Assembly (NCBI GenBank): GCA_028823485.1
Contig: JAPKBG010000003.1
Coordinates: 52,898-116,897, forward strand
Source: Methylophilaceae bacterium
Lineage (GTDB): Bacteria; Pseudomonadota; Gammaproteobacteria; Burkholderiales; Methylophilaceae
Length of the DNA: 64,000 nucleotides
Direction: 5' to 3'
A model generated the notes under the pieces. It was not told where the DNA came from, did no database searches, and saw nothing but the letters and a program-made list of their open reading frames with translations. The translations under genes were made by a program, and so were the position numbers. How positions within the stretch are numbered: the first letter of the stretch is position 1; each line of letters starts with the position of its first letter. Of this stretch, positions 56,839 to 64,000 are shown piece after piece.

Positions 56839-58143
56839 TTGACCACAATTAAACTCAACAAAAAATCTTCAGAAACCACCAGTAAATCTAGGGGGCCGGT
56901 ACGTCGTGCTGATCCTAGTAAGCGCGACCGCTCTAAAGCGCCGCCCCCGAAATTCAAACCTGAAAATGCTGAGAATGAAGACACTCACAATAAAAGCGCC
57001 CGTCAACGCAATCATCGACATGATGGCAGCTTGCGTAATGCACCAAAAGCAGAACGAGCGCCAGCAGATGAGCAGCCGGTTTTAAGAAGCGAGTTTAAAG
57101 ACCGTGCTTTTGTTGACAACGATGGCCACAACAGTGATCGCGAACAACGTCCTCCGCAACAAGACAATAGACTAAGAGACAACAATAGAGCGCCTGACAA
57201 CCGCCAAGATGACGGCGGAAAAATCCAGGCGGATACCACTCGAAATTATGCAGACCGCGAAGGTAATTACCGTAATCCGCCACGACGTGGTGGTAAAGCA
57301 CGCGATGGCTTTGTCGCGAGTGAGTTTGATAAATCCCGCGCAGGTAAAACGGCAGCTCATCAAAAAGCTGCAGAGAAATTACCAAACACGCAAGGCAACC
57401 CTCAACCAAGACTGTCTAAATTAATGGCGGATATTGGGCTTTGCTCCCGTCGTGAAGCAGATGATTGGATTGTTAATGGTTGGGTAAAAGTCGATGGTGA
57501 GATTATTGATGTATTAGGTTCACGTGTGAACCCAGATGCAGAAATCGTTGTCAGTGCTTATGCCATGGAGCATCAAGCCGAGAACGTGACAATCTTGCTA
57601 CATAAACCAGTTGGTCATGTCAGTGGCCAAGCGGAAGATGGTTACCAACCTGCCATTGTATTAGTGCACCCTGATAATGAATGGATAGAAGACCCCGACC
57701 TAAACGAAGTCAATGAAAAAGAGTTTCAACGAGGATTCTTACACGGACTTGCACCAGCAGGTCGCTTAGATATTGACTCAACAGGTTTGTTAGTACTTAC
57801 TCAAGACGGCCGTGTTGCACGCCGCTTAATCGGGCAAGACACCAGCGTAGAAAAAGAGTACTTAGTACGTGTTGAAGGCGAGCTTAGCGATAAAGACCTT
57901 GAACGCTTAAACCACGGTTTACATTTAGATGGCGAAGAACTCAAACCAGCCAAAGTAAGCTGGCAGAATGAAGACCAATTACGCTTCGTTTTACGTGAGG
58001 GTAAAAAACGCCAAATTCGACGTATGTGTGAAATGGTCGGCCTACATGTGGTCGGTTTGAAGCGTGTCCGCATCGGAAGTGTAAATTTAGGTAAATTACC
58101 AGTAGGAATGTGGCGTTACCTACGTGGTAACGAATCATTTTAA
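56839..58143 (+). CDS. RsuA/RluB/RluF-family rRNA pseudouridine synthase with a ~190-aa basic, disordered N-terminal extension
   Basis: TTG start with AGGAA upstream. S4 domain RLSKLMADIGLCSRREADDWIVNGWVKVDG. Catalytic motif GRLDIDSTGLLVLTQDG. KREY.V.V and KKRQIRRM motifs. Confidence 0.85.
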   Translation: MTTIKLNKKSSETTSKSRGPVRRADPSKRDRSKAPPPKFKPENAENEDTHNKSARQRNHRHDGSLRNAPKAERAPADEQPVLRSEFKDRAFVDNDGHNSDREQRPPQQDNRLRDNNRAPDNRQDDGGKIQADTTRNYADREGNYRNPPRRGGKARDGFVASEFDKSRAGKTAAHQKAAEKLPNTQGNPQPRLSKLMADIGLCSRREADDWIVNGWVKVDGEIIDVLGSRVNPDAEIVVSAYAMEHQAENVTILLHKPVGHVSGQAEDGYQPAIVLVHPDNEWIEDPDLNEVNEKEFQRGFLHGLAPAGRLDIDSTGLLVLTQDGRVARRLIGQDTSVEKEYLVRVEGELSDKDLERLNHGLHLDGEELKPAKVSWQNEDQLRFVLREGKKRQIRRMCEMVGLHVVGLKRVRIGSVNLGKLPVGMWRYLRGNESF

Positions 58144-58185
58144 GTTATGCCTACCGTTCTGAACTTTACACAAGGGACCAAAAAA

Positions 58186-58593
58186 ATGGGGCTATTTAAT
58201 AGCGTTGCAGGAGTAGTATTAGGTAATATGTTAGGTGGCAAAAGTGGCGGGGCTGATACAAGCATCCTCGGCCAAGTTGCAATGGAAGTACTGAACAAAA
58301 ATGGTGGCATCGGCGGTCTTTTAGAAAAATTCAACCAAGGTGGCTTAGGTGATATTGCTGCCTCTTGGGTTGGCCAAGAGGCAAATCAATCAGTTTCTCC
58401 AGATCAAATTGGCAGCTTATTGGGTAACGATACGATTGCAGAGCTAGCTTCTAAATTTGGTATTGACTCTAGCTTGCTGACTGGTCAAATTGCAAAATAC
58501 TTACCTGAGATTGTTAACAATGTGACTCCTAATGGTCAAGTGGATAACAAGTCAGACGAATTACTATCTGCTGTACTGGGTATGCTGAAATAA
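58186..58593 (+). CDS. yidB: YidB (DUF937) family protein
   Basis: MGLFNSVAGVVLG...GGIGGLLEKFNQGGLGDIAASWVGQEANQSVS.DQI...LG matches E. coli YidB. Start set at the internal ATG with an AAGGGA RBS. Confidence 0.75.
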   Translation: MGLFNSVAGVVLGNMLGGKSGGADTSILGQVAMEVLNKNGGIGGLLEKFNQGGLGDIAASWVGQEANQSVSPDQIGSLLGNDTIAELASKFGIDSSLLTGQIAKYLPEIVNNVTPNGQVDNKSDELLSAVLGMLK

Positions 58594-58610
58594 AGCGAAT
58601 CAATGAACAA

Positions 58611-58646
58611 TGACGCCAATAGCAGTATTAGGCGCCATTTGTTTTT
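58611..58646 (+). terminator. probable rho-independent terminator after yidB
   Basis: tgacgcc ... ggcgcca stem (one mismatch) followed by tttgttttt. Confidence 0.45.
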
Positions 58647-58718
58647 AGACAATCATCTCATCAGCTACTAGCTGATAAAATAGACGATTCCTCAACAACT
58701 ATTTAAACAAAGCCACTC

Positions 58719-59516
58719 ATGGATTTATTGTTAATTCTCAAAACCATCATCATGGGCATCGTAGAAGGTGCAACTGAATTTTTGCCTATCAGCAGTACTG
58801 GGCATCTCATTATTGCAGGTGATGTGCTGGGATTTTTGACCAAAGATAAACGTGATGTATTTGAAATCATTATTCAGCTGGGTGCAATTCTAGCTGTGGT
58901 GTGGCAGTACCGTACCAAGGTTTTACATGTTACGACTAATTTAAGCGAACCAAAATCGCAGCAATTAATCCTTAATTTATTTATTGCCTTTCTACCATTA
59001 GCCATTATTGGGCTAGCCTTTCACCATCAAATTAAAGCCTTATTGTTCAACCCAAAATCAGTCGCCATTGCACTCATTATCGGTGGTTTTATTATTTTAT
59101 GGATAGAAAAAAAATTGCCGAAAGTCTCCGTCACTTCTGTGGATGATATGGACTGGAAGCATGCGGTGAAGATAGGCTTTGCACAAGCCATTGCCTTAAT
59201 ACCTGGTGCATCTAGAGCAGCCTCAACCATTATCGGCGGCATGGTGTTTGGTTTATCTCGCACAGTAGCAACTGAGTTTTCATTCTTTTTAGCGATTCCT
59301 GTCATGTTTGCCGCAACCGCTTATGATTTATACAAAAGCAAAGGTTTACTGGCTAGTGATGATGTTTGGGTATTTCTAATTGGCTTTATCACCGCATTCA
59401 TTGCTGCACTCGTTGTCATTAAAGTATTGATTCGCTATATTGCTAATCACAATTTCGCCATATTCGCTTGGTATCGCATTGCATTTGGCGCGCTAGTGCT
59501 TTTTTATTACTGGTAA
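58719..59516 (+). CDS. uppP: undecaprenyl-diphosphate phosphatase
   Basis: ...GIVEGATEFLPISSTGHL..., ...PGASRAASTI.GG motifs. 265 aa, 8 TM. Confidence 0.95.
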   Translation: MDLLLILKTIIMGIVEGATEFLPISSTGHLIIAGDVLGFLTKDKRDVFEIIIQLGAILAVVWQYRTKVLHVTTNLSEPKSQQLILNLFIAFLPLAIIGLAFHHQIKALLFNPKSVAIALIIGGFIILWIEKKLPKVSVTSVDDMDWKHAVKIGFAQAIALIPGASRAASTIIGGMVFGLSRTVATEFSFFLAIPVMFAATAYDLYKSKGLLASDDVWVFLIGFITAFIAALVVIKVLIRYIANHNFAIFAWYRIAFGALVLFYYW

Positions 59517-59575
59517 ATATTATTCATCCTCGAAAATAAATTGATTAACAGCTTAAGTTCATTTAAGGAACACCA

Positions 59576-62212
59576 ATGAAAAAAATATTGAAACATACTG
59601 CTTTGGGTTTTGTTGCAATTGTTATTTTAACGCTTACTTTTATCGCTTATTTTGCCGCAACTTTTAACCCGAATGACCATAAACAGGAAATCATTGATCT
59701 TGTTAAAGAAGATAACAATCGAGACTTAACCATTGATGGTGACATTGGCCTCTCTTTCTGGCCAAAACTAGGTGCAGATTTAGGTAAGGTTTCTCTCTCT
59801 GAATATAAGTCTGACAAAGAGTTTGCCTCTATCACTAGCGCCAAAGTCGCGCTCGCTGTGCTGCCACTACTCAAAAACTCACTCGTCGTTGATACCATTT
59901 ATATTGATGGCGCAAAAGCCAATATCGTTAAATATAAAGACGGCACGACCAACTACGACGACTTGTTGAGTACCGATGAATCAAAATCAGAAGACATTCA
60001 ATTTAATGTACAAGGTATTAACATCACGAACTCGGAAGTGAGTTATGCCGATAAAACACAAGGCACACAATACAACGTAAGCAACTTCAACTTAAAGTCT
60101 AGCCATATTGCTTTAGGTGAGCCTATTGATTTAGACACCAACTTCACCATTAAAACCAACCAACCTGCCGTTGATGCAACATCGGCAATCAAAGGCACTT
60201 TCTTGTATGACCCTGGCAGCAAGCGCTTTAGCGTAAAAGGACTAGACAGTTCCATCCAAGGCGCACTACTGGATGGGTCAGATGTTGATATCAAAGCAAC
60301 TGGTGATGTTGATGTACAAACAGAAAATAGCGCATTTTTAATCGACAACTTACAACTCCTTGTTTCTGGCAACTTTAACGGTGTTGCAAAAAGCATCAAC
60401 TTGAATGCTCCATCAATTAACATTGAGCAAGATAACGTGAAAAGTGACAAAGTCACTGTGAAACTGGCGCAAAAAGGTAAAGGAAATGATTTAGCCGTCA
60501 ATATGGTGTTGGCGAATATGCACGGCTCACCAAAAGCTATTCAAAGCACGGGCATCACTGGTGACTTATCGATGACACAAGGCAAGCGCGTTGTAACAGG
60601 GACCTTTTCATCACCGTTCAAAGGCAATATGGAAGCGCTCATCTTTGACATACCAAAACTGGTAGGAAAACTAAATATTAAAGACCCGAGCTTGCCCAAT
60701 GGTGCAGCGAAAGGGTCCTTTAACTTAAATACACATACCGATATTAAAAAAGAGTTAGCTAACAGCACGTTCGATATTGTATTAGAAGACACCAAACTCA
60801 AAGGTGATGTTACCGTCACTAGCTTTAAAAAACCAAATATTAAATTCAACTTAACTGCTGACAAGCTAGACCTGAATAAACTATTAGGTGTGCCAACCGC
60901 ATCTACTGCAGACTCAAGAAAACCTGCCGACATGTCTGCACTAAACGCTTTACTCCTCGATGGTAAAGTGAAAATCAACAGCGTCGTGTATGACACCTAC
61001 AACGTATCGGGCTTAAACCTTAGCATCAAAGCCGATGGTAAAAAAATCGCTGTTAGTAGTTTAAACGTGAAGGTCAATGGCAGCCAAATTAAAGGGGCAT
61101 TAAGTGTTAGACAATTTGCTAAGCCGTTATACAACTTCAACCTAGATATCGACCAAGTGAACTTGAATGATTATATCAGTGAAGCGCCTGCCGATGCAAA
61201 AACCACGGGTGATGAAATCCTCGACTTAAGCGCGTTAAAAGCCTTAAATGCCAATGGTTCATTACGTATTGGTAAACTGAGTTATGGCAAAACCAAACTG
61301 GCTGATATTCGAATTAATTTAAAAGCCGATGGTGGTGTTGCAAAATTAGCCCCATTCTCAGCTAGCCTATACGGTGGCAGCATGAAGGGTTCATTGGATG
61401 TTGATGCGCGCGCAACGCCCAATATCATCTTTAAACAAACCATAAGCAACGTCTCCGTTGGCCCTTTATTAGAAGACACCATTAACAATGACATGCTGTC
61501 TGGCAACGGTACCGTTAAAGTGGATATCACCACCCAAGGCAATACGGTAAATAGTTTTAAAAAAAACTTAGCTGGCACCTCATCACTCGCACTCGCTAAC
61601 GGTGCACTTAAGGGTGTAGACATTGCTGGCAGCATTCGTGAAATTAAAAACAAAGTGAACTTTGCAAAGTCAAAAGAAGCGGCGTCAGATAGCGCAAAAA
61701 AGACTGACTTTAGTGAGCTCACTGCCAGCTTTACCATTAATGATGGCATCGCAGAAAACAATGATCTAGCCATGAAAGCACCTATTTTGCGTTTAGCCAA
61801 AGGTGACAGTAAAGGTACGGTTGATATTGCAAACGAAAAAATTAAATACGTCGCCAAGCCAACAATTGTTAAGTCGCTAAAAGGCCAGGGTGGTGATGAT
61901 TTGAATCAGTTGAGCGGCGTTGGCATTCCAGTCAAAATTGCCGGCTCATTTGATAACCCTAAGTTCAGCTTAGATTTTTCGGGTATTGCCACAGGTATTG
62001 CTAAAGTCAAACTATTAGAAAAAGTTGGTGGTTCCAAAGGTGATGCTTTACAAGAGCTTATTAGTGGTGGCAATAAATTTGATGCCCTCAAAGGCTTATT
62101 AGGTAAAAATAAAAAAGAGCCTGTCGCAGCATCAGCAGGCGCTCCAGCTGAAAAACCAGAAAGCGTAGAAGATAAAGCAAAAGAGAAGTTAAAAGACTTG
62201 CTTAAGTTTTAA
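59576..62212 (+). CDS. asmA: AsmA-family outer-membrane assembly protein
   Basis: N-terminal anchor helix, long beta-rich repetitive body, and a C-terminal AsmA_2-type region (LSGNGTVKVDITTQG..., ALANGALKGVDI..., FSELTASFTINDGIAENNDL). Confidence 0.85.
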   Translation: MKKILKHTALGFVAIVILTLTFIAYFAATFNPNDHKQEIIDLVKEDNNRDLTIDGDIGLSFWPKLGADLGKVSLSEYKSDKEFASITSAKVALAVLPLLKNSLVVDTIYIDGAKANIVKYKDGTTNYDDLLSTDESKSEDIQFNVQGINITNSEVSYADKTQGTQYNVSNFNLKSSHIALGEPIDLDTNFTIKTNQPAVDATSAIKGTFLYDPGSKRFSVKGLDSSIQGALLDGSDVDIKATGDVDVQTENSAFLIDNLQLLVSGNFNGVAKSINLNAPSINIEQDNVKSDKVTVKLAQKGKGNDLAVNMVLANMHGSPKAIQSTGITGDLSMTQGKRVVTGTFSSPFKGNMEALIFDIPKLVGKLNIKDPSLPNGAAKGSFNLNTHTDIKKELANSTFDIVLEDTKLKGDVTVTSFKKPNIKFNLTADKLDLNKLLGVPTASTADSRKPADMSALNALLLDGKVKINSVVYDTYNVSGLNLSIKADGKKIAVSSLNVKVNGSQIKGALSVRQFAKPLYNFNLDIDQVNLNDYISEAPADAKTTGDEILDLSALKALNANGSLRIGKLSYGKTKLADIRINLKADGGVAKLAPFSASLYGGSMKGSLDVDARATPNIIFKQTISNVSVGPLLEDTINNDMLSGNGTVKVDITTQGNTVNSFKKNLAGTSSLALANGALKGVDIAGSIREIKNKVNFAKSKEAASDSAKKTDFSELTASFTINDGIAENNDLAMKAPILRLAKGDSKGTVDIANEKIKYVAKPTIVKSLKGQGGDDLNQLSGVGIPVKIAGSFDNPKFSLDFSGIATGIAKVKLLEKVGGSKGDALQELISGGNKFDALKGLLGKNKKEPVAASAGAPAEKPESVEDKAKEKLKDLLKF

Positions 62213-62218
62213 CTACAT

Positions 62219-63265
62219 ATGCGTGCTTTTTCAACCGTCATCATTGCATGGCAAAAAGACCATGGCAGACATGACTTGCCATGGCAAAACACCACAAATC
62301 CTTACGCGATTTGGGTTTCTGAAATCATGTTGCAACAAACCCAAGTCACCGCTGTTATTGTTTACTACGCCAACTTCCTGGCACGCTTTCAATCCATTGC
62401 TGATCTTGCCAATGCAACACAAGAAGAAGTGCTGCAATCATGGAGTGGCCTAGGCTACTATTCACGCGCGCGTAATTTGCACAATGCTGCACAAACCATC
62501 GTTGATGATTTCAATGGTGTGTTTCCGACAGACTTTGACGACATTATCAGCTTACCGGGTATCGGTCGCTCAACTGCCGCCGCCATCTCAACCTTTGCTT
62601 TAGACCGCCCACAACCGATTTTAGATGGCAATGTGAAACGTGTATTTGCAAGACACTTTTTAGTTGAAGGCTGGACAAGTAAGCCTGCCGTTCAACAACA
62701 GCTATGGACAATTGCCGAACAAGAAAACCCACCTCAAGACGCCATTGCCTACACACAAGGTTTAATGGATTTAGGCTCATCGGTTTGCACCCACAGCAAA
62801 CCAAAGTGCGAACTCTGCCCAGTGAATAAAAGCTGCAAAGCACTCGCTAACGACCAAACAAAAAACTTACCCACACCCAAGCCGAAAAAAACCATCCCGC
62901 ATAAAGAAACCATCATGCTAGTCATTCGCATGGGCAATGAAGTGCTACTAGAAAAACGTCCTCAAAAAGGCATCTGGGCAGGACTGTGGAGCTTGCCTGA
63001 AATTAGCATGGCTGAGATTGCCAGTGAAGTTGCTTATGAACGGCTTGGTTTAACGGTCGAGCCAGATGAGCCATTAGCTGTTGTTAATCATGTGTTTACT
63101 CACTATAAACTCGACATTACTCCGCAACCGTTAAAAGTTACCAGCACACCGAGGCAGAAAGAAAGGGCTGGGTATATTTGGATGGTAGTAGTAGATGCAA
63201 TTGATGCAGCACTACCTACGCCTGTGCGGAACATTTTACTAAGTATTAGTAACCCCAATTCATAA
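62219..63265 (+). CDS. mutY: A/G-specific adenine DNA glycosylase
   Basis: ...LPWQ....PY.IWVSEIMLQQTQV..V..Y...F...F, HhH-GPD motif LPGIGRSTAAAI, 4Fe-4S Cys cluster C.....C..CP....C, C-terminal NUDIX-like domain. Confidence 0.95.
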   Translation: MRAFSTVIIAWQKDHGRHDLPWQNTTNPYAIWVSEIMLQQTQVTAVIVYYANFLARFQSIADLANATQEEVLQSWSGLGYYSRARNLHNAAQTIVDDFNGVFPTDFDDIISLPGIGRSTAAAISTFALDRPQPILDGNVKRVFARHFLVEGWTSKPAVQQQLWTIAEQENPPQDAIAYTQGLMDLGSSVCTHSKPKCELCPVNKSCKALANDQTKNLPTPKPKKTIPHKETIMLVIRMGNEVLLEKRPQKGIWAGLWSLPEISMAEIASEVAYERLGLTVEPDEPLAVVNHVFTHYKLDITPQPLKVTSTPRQKERAGYIWMVVVDAIDAALPTPVRNILLSISNPNS

Positions 63266-63345
63266 CCGCCAACAACTAAACTATCCGAAAAAATACATTT
63301 ATATTGTTGTAGTAGTAAACAAAAAGAACTAATAAGGAAAACATC

Positions 63346-64000
63346 ATGGCGAATGTACCTGCAATAGTATCTAAACGTTTAATTTCAACCGTTCCCAAAC
63401 TTAAAAACATGCCCCTTAAGGCGAAGAGTAAGGTGTCAACGAATCTGGTACAGTCACGATTATTATTGACATGCTTAAGGACATATTTGGCTTTGAAAAA
63501 TACTCAGACATCACAAGGTAATATGCAATCCAAGGCACCTATTGCGGCTTAGCAGTCAAGTGTGGAAAGGGTGTTGAGTACTTAATTGAAGTAAATTGAT
63601 TGGCCTCAACCTAAAAAACAACCCTCTGAAACAAGCCGTCAATTATGCTTCAAGAGAAGGTGTCAAATGGGAGTACTCACTAATGGGTTAGTTTGGGAAA
63701 TTCACCGTGTCACACTAAATCGAAAAGTTGAGAACGAAAACATTTGTACACTTGACTTCGAAAGTATAAATCCAAAAATATGTCGATCAAGAGCAGTTAT
63801 TTTTACTCTGTAAAAGGGGCATACAAAAGGATGTGATTAACGATTTTTTTGAATACAAGCAAAGTGTGAGTCGTTATACAATCTGTGCCTTTTACTATCT
63901 GGCCCAGTTATATCCGCCATAAGAAGAGAGCATATGAAGCTAAAAGGTGGCATCAAAATTGACCCTCAAGAAATTACTGATGCATTAGAGCGTGGTTTAA
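63346..64000 (+). pseudogene. heavily frameshifted restriction-endonuclease-like (HsdR N-terminal-domain family) gene, running to the window edge
   Basis: Successive pieces in different frames: MANVPAIVSKRLISTVPKLKN; VNESGTVTIIIDMLKDIFGFEKYSDIT; YAIQGTYC.LAVKCGKGVEYLIEV; IGLNLKNNPLKQAVNYASREGVKW; QEQLFLLCKRGIQKDVINDFFEYKQSVSRYTI. Order matches the family, with at least 5 frame breaks or stops. Confidence 0.6.

Noticed and set aside
59647-61857. Several long antisense ORFs inside asmA (59647..59898, 60043..60501, 60541..60996, 61282..61857; up to 191 aa).
   Set aside because: They lie fully within a well-supported 878-aa AsmA ORF. Their products are low-complexity (Ser/Leu/Ala/Lys-rich), with no RBS or domain signal. 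They are shadow ORFs caused by codon bias.
1-64000. Search for CRISPR arrays, rRNA genes, toxin-antitoxin pairs, intact integrases or recognised anti-phage systems.
   Set aside because: None seen. There are no regularly spaced direct repeats, no rRNA-like sequence, and no small overlapping gene pairs of TA type. The only recombinase-related sequences are the two IS3 relics.

Overview
This is a 64-kb chromosomal window from a moderately AT-rich Gram-negative proteobacterium. Gene content and synteny look beta/gamma-proteobacterial, but I cannot assign a genus from sequence alone. Most of it is housekeeping.

Main contents, in order:
- rpiA and ilvA, then the zapA and 6S RNA locus.
- A roughly 13-kb cobalamin uptake and salvage locus. 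A B12 riboswitch precedes btuB, followed by a membrane protein, cobO, cbiA, bluB, a BtuF-like gene, cobU and ybcJ. Next come cobQ, cbiB-cobD, and cobT-cobS-cobC.
- A tRNA-Phe gene followed by two att-like repeat copies. These delimit a pntAA-pntAB-pntB segment and a photolyase/light-stress segment.
- Two IS3-family relics.
- A glutamate-synthase-like / AlsS-like / aldehyde dehydrogenase operon.
- A LysR regulator with sbmA, a RIO kinase, a bestrophin channel and slyX.
- A split B12-dependent ribonucleotide reductase (nrdJa/nrdJb).
- waaA, an isochorismatase-family gene, tolC and a pcm-like gene.
- A TetR / membrane-fusion / RND efflux operon.
- A pseudouridine synthase, yidB, uppP, asmA and mutY.

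I found no rRNA, no CRISPR array, no intact mobile element and no recognisable defence system. I also did not find a convincing, wholly novel multi-gene system.

The items most worth follow-up:
1. The integrase-less tandem island structure at tRNA-Phe.
2. An inverted-topology (FAD domain first) photolyase homologue.
3. Two uncharacterised B12-locus components: a 6-TM membrane protein after btuB and a signal-less BtuF-like protein.
4. The orphan FMN/ThDP/ALDH operon.
5. A rearrangement scar joining two 5'-truncated genes.
6. Several indel-riddled pseudogenes.

All homology calls come from reading the translated ORFs by eye; no database search was run.
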